64,000 nt of DNA from Candidatus Marinacidobacterales bacterium (GCA_965237955.1 OZ250169.1:1056001-1120000); one strand, 5' to 3'. Counted from the first letter of the stretch, positions 51,936-63,826 are shown. Numbers and translations are program-made. The notes: generated by a model not told the origin, from the sequence alone.

Positions 51936-53330
51936 CTACCGCTCGTCAAAAATTCCGAGCTCCTCCCACAGGAAACTAAGGTCGATGGGATCCCGTCTTT
52001 GAGTCTCGGCTTGCTCGCGCTCGCCAAACTCGTAGCTTCGCAGGAGCTCTACGACCTCGCGCCGGCCAGCCTTTGAACGTATCGCCTGGCGGGGCGTCTT
52101 GTTCTTCAGCGCGGGAATGGGCTCGTCGGTCCAATTGGCGTAAGTCTGCCGGTAGAACTGCTCCAGGATCGCGGTTTTCGTTTCCGGTGGGATGTCGTCG
52201 AGGGGGTCTTCCCCGATATCCGGCTCATTCCTCATTCGTGTGTGGCGCCCTTTCCAAGCATGTCTCGGGTCGGTCGACTCGCGCGCGATGCGCTCCACCG
52301 CGTCGCCGACAAGCTCGGAGAACCAACTCTCGGCGGCATCGGCGGCATCGTTCGTTCGAGCGAAGAGCTCGATGCGATCGTCCGCCGTTTTCGAAATGGA
52401 GCAAAGGCTGCGACGCGCGCTATCGCCGTCTTTCTCCGGCTGCAGACGGACCCAGTGGTCCTCGTCGTCCCGGTCCACGTCCGGCTCCACCTCGAGTGCT
52501 TTTGCGAGCCGTGGCCAGTCTTTCACGCGATAGTGCACCACCGTCAGTAAGATCGCCTCGCCGGTCGAAGCATCGGTCAATACCGGCGGCGGCCCTACGA
52601 GGACCGACAACCAAGCCTCAATGACGGTGGCGCTCACCCAATCGGAATGGAGGAGGCCTCCGCTCCCTCGGGGCCCTTCCAGAATGCGACCGCGCAATGC
52701 CACGTACTGAGGGCGTTTGAAAGCGTACACCGCGCCGGTGAGAACGGTCGGCTCGCACGGGAGCACCCGCGCTGCGAAAATGTCGCCTTCCCGGAGCGAT
52801 TGCGAAGCCGACCTCTCGCGAACCCAAAACCGCGTTGGCTCGTTGGCGAGCGTCGAGACGAGCCACAGACCCTCTCCGGGCTCCGCTTCGACGACTTCGT
52901 AAAGATCGATGGGCTCCGTCGCGAGAAGCTGGAGATAGCGCCGCTCGTTGACATCCATCAGAGGGCCACCCTCACCGAGCACGAGCTCCATGACCGGCAC
53001 GAAATCGTCCTCGTCCTCGGTGGGGCTGATCTCGCCTTCGGCAAGCACCCATTCGAACGCGTTCAGATGAACCATTTCTCCCAGGTCTTCGGGAAGCTCG
53101 TCCAACTCCTCGAATTGCTCCTGCTCCAGTGAACCGAAGAATTCGAAAGTGATCGCACGTTCGATCTCTTCGGGATAGTGCTCGCGAAGCCACGCGATCG
53201 CGCGTGCGACCGCCCCTTCCGCGACCGCGATCGACGACGACGCGGCTTCGTCTTTTGCGAGGCAGCACTTCTTGTACTTCTTCCCGCTGCCGCAGGGGCA
53301 GGGAGCGTTGCGAGACGTTTTGTTCGGCAT
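51936..53330 (-). CDS. SEC-C motif protein with C-terminal Xre/MbcA/ParS antitoxin-like domain
   Basis: RNAPCPCGSGKKYKKCC; NWTDEPIPALKNKTPRQAI. Confidence 0.8.
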   Translation of the reverse strand: MPNKTSRNAPCPCGSGKKYKKCCLAKDEAASSSIAVAEGAVARAIAWLREHYPEEIERAITFEFFGSLEQEQFEELDELPEDLGEMVHLNAFEWVLAEGEISPTEDEDDFVPVMELVLGEGGPLMDVNERRYLQLLATEPIDLYEVVEAEPGEGLWLVSTLANEPTRFWVRERSASQSLREGDIFAARVLPCEPTVLTGAVYAFKRPQYVALRGRILEGPRGSGGLLHSDWVSATVIEAWLSVLVGPPPVLTDASTGEAILLTVVHYRVKDWPRLAKALEVEPDVDRDDEDHWVRLQPEKDGDSARRSLCSISKTADDRIELFARTNDAADAAESWFSELVGDAVERIARESTDPRHAWKGRHTRMRNEPDIGEDPLDDIPPETKTAILEQFYRQTYANWTDEPIPALKNKTPRQAIRSKAGRREVVELLRSYEFGEREQAETQRRDPIDLSFLWEELGIFDER

Positions 53331-53579
53331 AGTGTGAGGCGATTAATACCGTGCCCGACGCCTCCTCGTGGACCGGCGAAAAGCCACTCGCGCAGGCGAT
53401 TCAGGCACAGCCGAAATCTAACACGATGCCAGTCGCGAATGCTTACCCCGGTAGAGAAGCTGGGGACTCACGGGCGTATCCTGGACGTCGAGTCATCGGT
53501 TTGAGGGAGCGGGTGGTGACACTCGCGAGCACGGGACGAACGATCATCGGGATCGAACTCATCTTAGGGCCGGCGACAA

Positions 53580-54990
53580 AATAAGTTCCCGTTTTCAAGA
53601 CGGTCGGATGGTGTAGTTCCATTTGGGTAGAGTCTGGTCCTTTGTAACGGAAAGCGCCTGCATCCGCTCGTCAGTGATTTTGACGCCCTTCGGATAACGA
53701 CGCCGGATAAGGTGTGCGCGTACTCGCAAACCGGAAGAGGTGGTGGTCGTGCGGATGTATTTGAGGATGGTTTCGTAGCTGTCGAGAGGCCTGCCCGCCC
53801 AGTTCTTGCTGATCTCGCTGAACAGACGGTGCTCCACTGGATTCCACTTGGATGTACCGGACGGATAGTGGGCTATGGTGATAGCGATGTCGTGGCGATT
53901 GCAAATCCGCGTTTGAAGCCCGTGCTTCCAACCCCGACACCGATAGCCATTGCTGCCCCCGGCGTCTGCCAATATCGCGAGGTCACGGGCTGCAGGATAG
54001 CGTCGCCGTCCTTCCGTTCGCCACCACTTCTCGATGGCATTCACGGCGAAGTCCGGGGTGTTGTACGAGGTACCAATGAACACTGTCCCGCGGTTCGCGA
54101 GCAGATCGTAGACGCCGTAGGGGATTGCGATGCCGTTCGATTCGGAACGGAAGTCATGGTCTTTGACGAGAGTCGGCTCGCGGTTCCAGGCCTGCCCGCC
54201 GTTTTTGAATAATCCCACCAGCTCCCGTTTCTTCGTGTCTACGCTGATGATGGGATGACCAGCTGCGGCAAAACGCTCGCGCAGTTCGGCGATACACGCG
54301 AATTGGGTATCGCGATCTTCGGACGTGGCACCGCACAGCTTCTTGTGGTTCACCCGCAACGAGAAGCCGAGCTGTTTGAGCAGTCGACCGACGGTTTTGC
54401 TGCTGACGTTCACACCAAGGCTTCTTAGCTCGCAAGCAATCTTGTCGGTGGTCCGCCGCGTCCATTTCACTCCCGTCATCGGATCGCCCGCGGTGTCGTG
54501 CTTCATGAGTTCTTCGATCTTGGCGATGACTTCTGGCGTTTTTTTTGCACGGCGCGCCGTCCGCCACCCTTTCGCCGAACTCCGTCGAGCTCAACATCTC
54601 TCATTAGCAATTCCCTACGACCTCTGGCTACCGTGCTCGGATCCATCCCGAGCAGTTCGGCAATCTGTTGGTCGCCACCGTGACCGAGCTTCATGGCCTC
54701 GACTCCCGCGTAGAGACGGCGCTGCTTTTCATCGAGCAGGCTGTAGAAAAGAACGATCGCAGCCTTCAACTCCACGGGGAGCACGCGGACTCCCCCGACC
54801 CAGCCCAACGTGGAAGGTGACGCCTCATGTACCTGGCGGGCCGAGAGCTGTTGCTTGCGCGTGCTCACATCGGTGGCCAGATACAGATATCGGCCGAACA
54901 CCTGCTCGCGCGCCAATCTTTTCTCTCGGACCAGTTTCAACAGAGGAGCCTTGACGTCAACCTGCACCACGTCCTCGAGCTCGTCGACGT
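53580..54990 (-). mobile_element. ISAzo13-family transposase in two frames, 5'-truncated
   Basis: TAGDPM..KWT, ISVDTKKRE, ADAGGSN, GTSKWNPVEHRLF; an A-run at ~54539-54546 joins the two ORFs. Confidence 0.9.
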
Positions 54991-56420
54991 CGTCCTGTGC
55001 CAAAACTCAGCCCTTTTGAAATAGCCGATAAATCAACAGCTTAGCGTCTGTGTTTGCGACCGTGCCAAGGGCTGTAGGCTCTACAATCGTCTTGGGTGGA
55101 CGGGTCGTCACCATGCAGACGACCACCTGGTCGAGAGCGAATATCCAAGCGTGTTCCTGAAGCTGTGTTTCCACGCTACGCCGGTCGAGTCCATCGAGGG
55201 GCTACCGTCCCGACCACAATCTAGGCGGCACGGCAGTAGTAGTTGAGAATGCCTCCAAGTCGCTCTCGCGACACGATGGGGCCAACGTCCTTCGCGCTTG
55301 CCGGCAGAGGTATGATGAGCTCGTTGTCGATGCCTTGGTGGTTCCGTTCGGTGTGATAGTGCACGACGTATTCGGTTACCGCTGTCCGCAGGTGTCCCTC
55401 ACTGAGAGGTACGAAGCGGTCGAGACATTCTCGACGTATGGAGAGAACGAATCTTTCCGCGTAGGCGTTCAGATTCGGACTATTAGCGGGAAGTCGGAGG
55501 GGCTTCACGCCTGAACCTCTCAACAGCCCACGTGCCTCTTCGGTGAATAGCGGGTCCCGGTCGTGGATGAGGTACCGCTTGCCAAGGAGGAAACCATCCC
55601 ACATGTCAGTGAGGTTTCTTGCTACCTGCTTCATCCACTCTCCGTTGGGGTCCGAAGTTATCCCACCGATGCACACGCAGCGAGTGACGATATCGATGAC
55701 AAACAGGACATGGTAGCGGACGAGCCCGAACGGGTTCACCACTTCGACGGTGAACAGGTCTGTCGCGGCGATAGCGCCCCCATGAACCTTGATGAAGGTG
55801 CTCCACGACATGCTCTTGCCCCTCTCCGGGGCAGGCGCGATATCGTGCTCGGCGAGGACCCTCTTGATGGTGTTGCGTCCGAGTTCATATCCGAGGTTCT
55901 TAAGTGCGCCCTGCAGGCGCGTATATCCCCACGTCGGGTTCTCCCGCGCCATGCGTACCATGAGCTCACGGATGTCCTTCGCCGTGGGAGGTCGGCCTGG
56001 GCTCCGGTTCTTACTGCCATCGTACTTGGCTGCGATGAGGCAGCGATACCAGCGCAGCAGCGTAGAGGGTGTGGCAACGGAGGCAATCTGGGCTAGCACA
56101 TCACGGCCCAAGGCCTGGGCCTTGACGGCGAGCCTACGCCGGTCTTCGTCAGAGAGCCTGAGACGCTTGCCCCGAAGCCCGGCTCGGAGCACACGGTTCT
56201 CCTCTCGCAGGTAATCAATCACATCCTGCTGCTGGCGGTTGACCCAGCCAGCCACAACGAGCAGTAAGAACCGCACGTGGTACGTCATCATGGAGCTGAA
56301 GATAACACCCTCGGTCCAGACGATTGTAGAGCCTACAGCCCTTGGCCCGGTCGCAAAACACAGACGCTAAGCTGTTGATTTATCGGCTATTTCAAAAGGG
56401 CCGAGTTTTGGCACAGGACG
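54991..56420 (-). mobile_element. rve-integrase element with ~100-bp TIRs, copy 1
   Basis: TIRs at 54991-55092 and 56319-56420 begin CGTCCTGTGCCAAAACTC; no TSD. Confidence 0.9.
55221..56291 (-). CDS. HTH plus rve (DDE) integrase/transposase
   Basis: [44 protein letters not shown]. Confidence 0.92.
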   Translation of the reverse strand: MMTYHVRFLLLVVAGWVNRQQQDVIDYLREENRVLRAGLRGKRLRLSDEDRRRLAVKAQALGRDVLAQIASVATPSTLLRWYRCLIAAKYDGSKNRSPGRPPTAKDIRELMVRMARENPTWGYTRLQGALKNLGYELGRNTIKRVLAEHDIAPAPERGKSMSWSTFIKVHGGAIAATDLFTVEVVNPFGLVRYHVLFVIDIVTRCVCIGGITSDPNGEWMKQVARNLTDMWDGFLLGKRYLIHDRDPLFTEEARGLLRGSGVKPLRLPANSPNLNAYAERFVLSIRRECLDRFVPLSEGHLRTAVTEYVVHYHTERNHQGIDNELIIPLPASAKDVGPIVSRERLGGILNYYCRAA

Positions 56421-58569
56421 GGGGCTTCGAGCGTGGCTTCGATGTTTACCGCATGCTCATCAGGCGTCGCGCCAGCGAGATCGTCGATGAGGCACTTGAG
56501 CTAGTCCCATGGAACAGAAAAAGCTAGACAACACTGGCACTTCTGTGATCTGCTAAATGCATGAAACACAAGGGCCGGCGAAAAGCCGAATTGAAGCTGT
56601 CGTCTCAAGAAAGCGAAGCGCTGACGCGACTGGCGCGACGCAGCCGTAGTTCGCCGCACCAAGCCTTCCGAGCGAAGATCGTGCTGGATTGCGCGGCGGG
56701 TCTGACGAATATGGAAGTTGCTAGGAAGATGCACACCATGAGGAGCACGGTGGGCAAGTGGCGAAGACGCTTTGTAGAACAACGAATGGAAGGGTTGTAC
56801 GGCGAACCTCGGCCGGGAGCGGCTCGCAAAATCGGCGATGACCAGATCGAGGAAGTCCTGACCAAGACGCTGGAGACGACTCCAAAGGGGAGAACCCATT
56901 GGAGTACGCGCTCGATGGCCAAGCATCTTGGGCTGAGTCATTCGACGATTGGACGTATTTGGCGAACGTTCGGGCTTCAACCGCACCGCTCGGAATCGTT
57001 TCGTCTCTCGCAAGACCCACAACTGGTCGAAAAAGTACGCGACGTTGTTGGCCTGTATATGAACCCACCGGATAACGCGGTCGTCCTGTGCGTCGACGAG
57101 AAATCGCAGATTCAAGCGCTCGAGCGTGCTCAACCTGTCCTGCCCATGAGCTTGGGCCAGCCCGAGCGACAAACCCACGACTACATTCGGCATGGAACGA
57201 CTGACCTGTTTGCCGCACTCGACGCCGCAACAGGTGAAGTCTTCGGAAAGTGCTACGCGCGACATCGAGCGCTAGAGTTCAAGAAGTTCCTCGCTGAGAT
57301 CGAAGCAGCCGTTCCCAGCGAGTTGGACATCCACGTCGTGCTCGACAATCTCGCCACGCACAAGACACCGGCGATCAAACGCTGGCTTTCCAAGCGACCT
57401 CGCTTCCACTTTCACTTCACACCGACACACGCCTCTTGGCTCAACTTCGCTGAGCGCTTCTTTGGCTTGCTCACCGAACACGCCTTGCGACGAGGCTCGC
57501 ACACGAGCGTGCCTCAGCTCCGCGTTGCGATACAAGACTATCTCGATGCTCACAACGAGAACCCAAAGCCGTTCAAGTGGACGAAATCCGCCGACCAAAT
57601 CCTCGAAACCATCGCTCGGTTCGCCCAGCGAACGCTCGATACACATGGCAAATCGAATTTGGACAGTAATTAAAGATCCAGGGGACTAGTACGAGGGACT
57701 CGAAGCGCAAAGAAATTCTTGTTCGTGCACCTGTTCGATGCTCACTGGCCTTATGTTCCGCCGCGAGGCTTCCTCGATCGGTTCGACGAGCGCCCACCGG
57801 ATATCTCCGATATCCTGACCAAGGTGCGTGATGGCGTGCCGCCCTCCGGGCCAGAGGAAATCCATCAGCTTGTAAATCTATACGATGGGGAGATCGCGTA
57901 CCTCGATCAAGAGCTGGGAAGATTCTTTGCCGGACTCAAGGAAGCAGGCATTTACCGCCGATCCTTGATCATTCTCACCGCCGACCACGGCGAATCTTTT
58001 TACGAACACAATGCATGGGACACATGAGTTCACTTTTCGAGGAGGTTACACACATTCCGCTGATCGTGAAATGGCCTGGAGAGTCTCCCACCGGGACCGC
58101 CGAGTCCCTGGTAAGTCAGCTCAACATCTTCCCCACCCTGCTCGAGGAATCAGGACTCGTTCCCCCATACGACCACGTCTCGCTCGCCCGATTCCTTGGA
58201 GAAAGCCCGGCTCCTTCGAAGAACGCCCTGAGCGAGTTTACCTGGGATGCCAAAGAAGGCCAGGGAGCGATGATGAAGATTGCCGTCAAGGATAACCGGC
58301 TCAAGTATATTTTGATGCTTGCCGGAGAGGTCGAAGACGAGCTTTTTGTCTCGGACGTGGTGAACGAGGAGCTCTACGATCTCATCGAGGACCCCGGCGA
58401 GCAAAAGAACTTGCTTCCCGAGACGACGGCCGATATCGGCCCGTTGCGGAGCGATGCCCGCTTGCTGCTGGAAAAGGCCCGGGCCCTACAGGCCAAGCGA
58501 CGGGGCCAGGAAGTCGTTCTGGATAAAGAGCTCTCGGAGCGTCTCAAGGCCCTGGGCTACATCAATTAG
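56421..58569 (+). pseudogene. Sulfatase: 5'-deleted, IS630-interrupted and frameshifted
   Basis: GFERGFDVY..EAL|EL..FVHLFDAHWPY, YDGEIAY, TADHGE, LKALGY. Confidence 0.85.
56505..57685 (+). mobile_element. IS630 copy 3 (transposase 56561-57673)
   Basis: CTAG flanks at 56501-56504 and 57686-57689. Confidence 0.95.
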
Positions 58570-58599
58570 TCATGCGCGGTCTGCCGTGACCGACCGCTT

Positions 58600-59224
58600 T
58601 CGGGATCTCATCAGAAACCGCGGATTTTCCTTCGCTAGACGTAGGACGAGCTCCGTAATCTCGACCATCACTCTAGGCGCGTATGGTGCAAATAGTACGT
58701 CGAGCTCGACGTCGGCCTGTGGAGGGTCGATGATCGGATCTGCGCGAACGCGAGGATTCGATGGGCCGCCAGCCGAGGTCAATGCCACGACGATACGAAA
58801 CCCACGGGGCGGCTCGGACGGCACTCGAACGCTCGCTGTAGTCCCACTTCCGCGCAATCAGCCTTCGGTGCCAAGTCCAGCAGGGTTTCCGGTGTGACGA
58901 TACCGGCGACTTCTGCCAAGAGTTTCCGACCAAGCGCCTTACCCTTTACCGCGAGCCGACGTCGCTCGTCGTCTGTGAGACGAAGCTTCCTCCCGCAAAG
59001 CCGAGCTTTGAGGACTTTGTTCTCCTCGAGCAAGTAGACCATAGCGGCCTGTTGGTCACGCTGGAGCCAACCAGCGATGGCGACGACCAACAAGGTCAAG
59101 GGCTGGACCGGCGTGCTCATGAGCGAGGATTCTAGCTCCCTTTGGCCAATCAAGCGTAGATACGTCTATTCCGAAACGTCCGGGCGAGCTGGTCTTGAGT
59201 TCGTTTGTATTTTTGGACACGACG
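58600..59224 (-). mobile_element. Truncated rve-integrase element of a related subfamily
   Basis: LLVVAIAGWLQR..EENKVLK..RRRLAVKGKALGR, WHRRLIARKWDYS, LAKENP; end motif TTTTTGGACACGACG. Confidence 0.8.
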
Positions 59225-59271
59225 GGGAAGCCAAAGCCAAAGCAGCGGAGAAGGCGAAGAAGACAGCGAAG

Positions 59272-59348
59272 GATACTTTCGAGTGAACGAACGATTTCGG
59301 TCACTCCCCGATGACCTCCGCCCACGCGGGCGGTGCCATTGCTGTCAA
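59272..59348 (-). repeat. ~78-bp two-hairpin dispersed repeat (copy 3)
   Basis: Matches 31712-31788 almost exactly. Confidence 0.85.
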
Positions 59349-59452
59349 ATTGACGAAAAGCTAGCGTCTCCTGCAGATGGTAGCCAGGATTACCGGGCTG
59401 CACCATCGCGAGAATTCCCGTACCGGAAGCGATTTCTTTGACCAGGCAGCTC

Positions 59453-59806
59453 TTACTTGGACTCGTCCTCGGGCGCGGTGACTGCCGTTACTTTTATCGT
59501 GTTGGTCTCTTCGTCGAGTTCCCCAGCGATAACAACTTCGTGACCAAGGTTCTTCTTGGCGTCGTCCTCGCCGACGTCCAGAATGAAGTAGGCGCTGTTG
59601 GTTGCCAGTGCCCACTTGGCACCACCCTTCACGCAACTCTCCGCGCATCCTTGGTGCCCAGCCTTCGAAACCTTCGCGTAGTCTTTGCTGCAATGCTCGT
59701 CTGCAATCCAGCCGCTCCAGGTGCCATTCTCCTCGGATGCGTTACCAAAGGCCACGAAACCGGAAAGTAATAAAATAGCTACCGCCACGCTTGTCCACTT
59801 CATCAA
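59453..59806 (-). CDS. Small secreted Cys/His-containing protein
   Basis: GGAGG RBS, signal peptide, GWIADEHC..HQGCAESCVKGG. Confidence 0.75.
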   Translation of the reverse strand: MMKWTSVAVAILLLSGFVAFGNASEENGTWSGWIADEHCSKDYAKVSKAGHQGCAESCVKGGAKWALATNSAYFILDVGEDDAKKNLGHEVVIAGELDEETNTIKVTAVTAPEDESK

Positions 59807-59874
59807 TTGTTACCTCCAGGAACCAAACTCCAGCATACTCACACCCGATCACCCTGTCAATAGAGCCAAACCTT

Positions 59875-60070
59875 AGATGCGAAAGTTTAAATCTCCGGGA
59901 CAGGCGCAACGATTCTTGACCGTGCATGGACTCGTGCGAAACTTCTTTCGGGTCGGACGGCATTTGTTGCAAGCTCGTCATCATCGGGAGCTAAGAGGCC
60001 GCGCTTTCTTCGCCTGGCACGAGGTAACGTGTGCCTGACGAAATCACGAAGCGCAACAGTCAACCTGGAC
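59875..60070 (+). mobile_element. IS6 3' remnant
   Basis: Homologous to ~35667-35833. Confidence 0.85.
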
Positions 60071-60314
60071 CTGTGATCCGCAAAAAAGGAGGTCGCGTAT
60101 CGACGGGCAGACAGCCATGAGAGGGAGGTCCTGCGAACTCGTCTTCGCCACCGGGCACCAAGGACGTGGACGTGCGAGTAAGGCCTGTTCGCACGGAGAT
60201 TCCCCGAGTAAGGATACGGGCCGTCGTCTCGTCGCCTACTTATCCGAAGCCGCCGACTGTTTTGGCCGGCTCAGAGGATTAGGTAGATCTCCTGCAGGGA
60301 CATATCATGTCTCC

Positions 60315-60677
60315 ATGACCAGCTTCCGGATTTCGGTGACGGTTCTCGCTGTGATTCACGCGGTCTTCGCAGGATTCACCGCCTTAGTTGGAGCATTCGC
60401 TAACGGTGGGAACGTCTGGCAACGGCTACTGGTGATCCTCCTTCACCCTCTTGGCGCCGCGGGATTGCTTCTGCTCGTGCTGCGGCCCCGCCTCGCCACG
60501 ACGACGATCCTCACCATGATGGCGCTCCTGACGGCGAACGTGATTGCCGACCTGTGCATTGCGCAGATGATTGCCGCGGGAAGAGTGCGGGGAGATTGGG
60601 AGCTTGCGCTGGCATTTTCGGTGGTTCCGGCCATCGGGATTGTCTACGCGCTGGCGCTGCTGCGAACTGCCCGCTAA
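60315..60677 (+). CDS. Small four-helix membrane protein
   Basis: Four hydrophobic segments starting at MTSFRIS. Confidence 0.6.
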   Translation: MTSFRISVTVLAVIHAVFAGFTALVGAFANGGNVWQRLLVILLHPLGAAGLLLLVLRPRLATTTILTMMALLTANVIADLCIAQMIAAGRVRGDWELALAFSVVPAIGIVYALALLRTAR

Positions 60678-60804
60678 CGGCCGGGTAAGGCTCCGTCCGG
60701 AAGAGGAGGTATGAGAGTGAGTGTTCCCCGGTCGTGCGTCTGGGCATATCGGGATACTCCCTCGCATCATTGCAAAGGGCCCCGAATAAATTGTGGACGA
60801 AGAT

Positions 60805-61056
60805 CGGTTATATCCGATAAAACGGATCGGTTATAAAATTGCAGCCAATTCGGTGGGCACCTGAGCGAAAAGTGCCTGGATTTCGCGGTGATTTCGCAGA
60901 TTATAACTAAAACCAGGCGTCAAAAATATAACCGCTTGGTATAACCGATATAACTTGGCGGCCTGAGGCCACTTTTTCGGATTTCTGGCCTCTAAATGCC
61001 ATGTTTGTATGGAAGCCAGCGGAGACCGGATAGCTCCAAACTGCCCCATCCGCCAC
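60805..61056 (-). repeat. att-like core plus TATAACCG/CGGTTATA box array
   Basis: Core shared with 22750-22779; several direct and inverted TATAAC(CG) boxes. Confidence 0.7.
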
Positions 61057-61058
61057 CC

Positions 61059-62485
61059 CGTCCTGTGCCAAAACTCGGCCCTTTTGAAATAGGCCATAAA
61101 TCAGCAGCTTAGTGTCTGTGTTTGCGCCGGGGCCAAGGGCCGTAGGCTTTACAATCGTCTGGCCCGAGGGTGTTATCTTCAGATCCATGATGACGTACCA
61201 CGTGCAATTCCTACTGCTCGTTCTAGCTGGCTGGGTCAACCGCCAGCAGCAGGATGTGATCGACTACCTGCAAGAGGAGAACCGTGTGCTCCGAGCCGGG
61301 CTTCGGGGCAAGCGTCTCAGTCTCTCGGACGACGACCGGCGCAGGCTCGCGGTCAAGGCCCAGGCTTTGGGCCGCGAGGCGCTGGCCCAGATTGCGTCCG
61401 TTGCCACACCCGCTACGCTTCTGCGCTGGTACCGCCACCTCATCGCAGCCAAGTACGATGGCAGCAAGAACCGGAGTCCAGGCCGACCTCCGACGGCGAA
61501 GGACATCCGTGAGCTCATTGTGCGCGTGGCGCGGGAGAACCCGACGTGGGGATATACGCGCCTGCGAGGCGCACTCAAGAACCTAGGACATGAACTCGGA
61601 CGCAACACTATCAAGAGGATCCTCGCCGAGCACGGTATCGCTCCTGCGCCGGAGCGGGGAGGAGCATGTCGTGGAGCACCTTCATCAAGGCTCATTGGGG
61701 CGCCATCGCTGCGACAGACCTGTTCACCGTCGAGGTTGTGAACCCGTTCGGGCTCGTCCGCTACCATGTCCTGTTTGTCATCGATATCGCCACTCGCTGC
61801 GTGTGCATCGGTGGGATAACGTCGGACCCCAACGGGGAGTGGATGAAGCAGGTGGCAAGAAACCTCACTGACATGTGGGATGGGTTCCTCCTTGGCAAGC
61901 GATACCTCATCCACGACCGGGACCCACTATTCACCGAGGCGGTACGTGGGCTCTTGAGAGATTCAGGCGTGAAGCCCCTTCGCCTTCCCGCGAATAGTCC
62001 GAATCTGAACGCATACGCGGAAAGATTCGTTCTCTCCATACGTCGAGAGTGTCTCGACCGCTTCGTACCGCTCAGTGAGCGACACCTGCGCACAGCGGTA
62101 ACCGAATACGTGGTGCACTATCACACAGAACGGAACCACCAAGGTCTCGGCAACGAGCTCATCACACCTCTGCCGACAAGCGCGAATGACGCTGGCCCCA
62201 TCGTGTCGCGAGAGCGACTTGGGGGCATTCTCAACTACTACTGCCGTGCCGCGTAGATGGTCGCCGGCGACGGTAGCCCCTCGGCGGGCTCGACCGGCGT
62301 AGCGTGGAAACAGCTTCAGGAACATGCTTCGATATTCGCTCTCGACTAGGTGGTCATCTGCATGGTGACGACCCGCCCGCCCAAGACGATTGTAAAGCCC
62401 ACGGCCCTTGGCCCGGTCGCAAACACAGACACTAAGTTGCTGATTTATGGCCTATTTCAAAAGGGCCGAGTTTTGGCACAGGACG
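61059..62485 (+). mobile_element. rve-integrase element with ~100-bp TIRs, copy 2 (integrase 61187-62256 frameshifted near 61655)
   Basis: Collinear with 54991-56420; TIRs at 61059-61160 and ~62384-62485. Confidence 0.9.
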
Positions 62486-62756
62486 GGATACGATCCGCTC
62501 CAGCGGGTACGTCGTTCACACGCTCGAAGCCGCCATCTGGTCAGTCGCCCGCACCGGAGACTTCCGCAGCGCGGTGCTGCTCGCGGCCAACCTGGCCGAC
62601 GACGCCGATACGGTAGCAGCAGTGACGGGGCAGCTCGCCGGCGCCCTCTACGGCCTGAACGCCATCCCCGACCACTGGCGGGAACGCGTTGCCTGGAAGG
62701 ATCAACTCCTGGCAGCGGCGCGGCGGTTGCTGTCGGAACCCTTTGCCGACCGGTAG
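62484..62756 (+). pseudogene. ADP-ribosylglycohydrolase 3' fragment
   Basis: [16 protein letters not shown]...[26 protein letters not shown]. Confidence 0.85.
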
Positions 62757-62778
62757 AAATTGGGTGGGTAGCCGAAGC

Positions 62779-62863
62779 ACGGCTCTTGACCCGGTCGCAA
62801 ACACAGACACTAAGCTGCTGATATTATGGTCTGTTTCAAAAGGCCGAGTTTTGGCACAGGACG
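62779..62863 (+). repeat. Solo rve-element TIR
   Basis: About 85 bp homologous to 62400-62485, same orientation. Confidence 0.85.
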
Positions 62864-62946
62864 GGATCGCGCCAGTGCGCCGCGGCCATCCTGCGTATCC
62901 CTACATGCGAGATGCCGACGGAGACGGAGTTGTCTGCGAGCGGTGA
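62864..62946 (+). pseudogene. Excalibur calcium-binding domain 3' fragment
   Basis: IAPVRRGHPAYPYMRDADGDGVVCE*. Confidence 0.75.
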
Positions 62947-63116
62947 ACGGCCTGTCCCTTCCATAAACTTGAGCTGCATGAGATTGGCAAACTGCCTGCA
63001 ACCAGGACGCTTTGGTCGTCTTCATGTAGGACGTTTTGAGAGCCGGCGTCGGCTCTACTCAGGGGTAGAGGTGTAAGCTGGTGCAAAGTCCAGCAGCCGT
63101 CCCGAGCAGATCGGAC

Positions 63117-63257
63117 TCAAGCAGCGCGTCGAGTGTAATAATGATGGAGACCACCGACCTTTGAAATGGCACTCACTTTGCCCATTGCTGGCGACTCTAC
63201 GCGGCGGGGCTCGGGCGCGTCTTTCTCAAGCGACAAATGAGTCCGGCACGAATGATA
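63117..63257 (-). pseudogene. rve integrase C-terminal remnant
   Basis: YHSCRTHLSLEKDAP..VGGLHHYYTRRAA. Confidence 0.8.
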
Positions 63258-63425
63258 GGGTGCTTCCGCCATTAAGTGTTGGTGAGATGACGCTAAGACT
63301 TTACGGTGCATTGAATTACAGCCAAAATAGCGTTCGTGACCTTCGCTGCGCGCTAAATGGAGCGTAAGCGCCTTTTTTGCAAAGGGATGCGCACACATCA
63401 CCAACAGCAAACAGCGCAAGCACCC
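63258..63425. mobile_element. Complete 168-bp IS1-type MITE
   Basis: Termini GGGTGCTTCCGC/GCGCAAGCACCC; one end resembles the IS1-like end GGGTGCTTCCTCCATCAAATGTTG. Confidence 0.75.
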
Positions 63426-63519
63426 AACGGTGTCCCGAGGGTTCGTGCAAGCGAGCGCTGCGAAGCTGCGGGAGATGCAGGAACGGGATCTGACCGGCGA
63501 GGATGTGGTGGCGCTACAG

Positions 63520-63815
63520 GACGGGTAGCCGTCCGCGGCGGCGTCGATGAACATGGGTTCGCCCGGACCGACGTCGGCCGCGAAGAAGGGCACCCGGCCG
63601 TCGCGTTGCCGCGCGGAGTTGTAGGCCGCGATCCGGGGTTCGGGATCTGCGGAGGAGCTGAGAGCCAGGAAAAGGCGTCCGGTGAGCGGACCGTCGTGGA
63701 CGTCGGCGCCGAAGCTGACTTCGACGCCAAGCCGAACAGCCGCACCATCCTGGGCACCCGGCTCCCACGGTGCCCGTATGCAGGCGATCTGGGCTAGAAC
63801 CGCTGCCAGGATGAC
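63520..63815 (-). pseudogene. N-terminal fragment of a secreted hypothetical protein
   Basis: GPLTGRLFLALS..EPR..PFFAADV..DGYP, then the frame degenerates. Confidence 0.45.
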
Positions 63816-63826
63816 GCGAAAACAAC

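Noticed and set aside
61022-61056. Possible tRNA gene
   Set aside because: Only a degenerate 3'-end-like segment; no cloverleaf can be built
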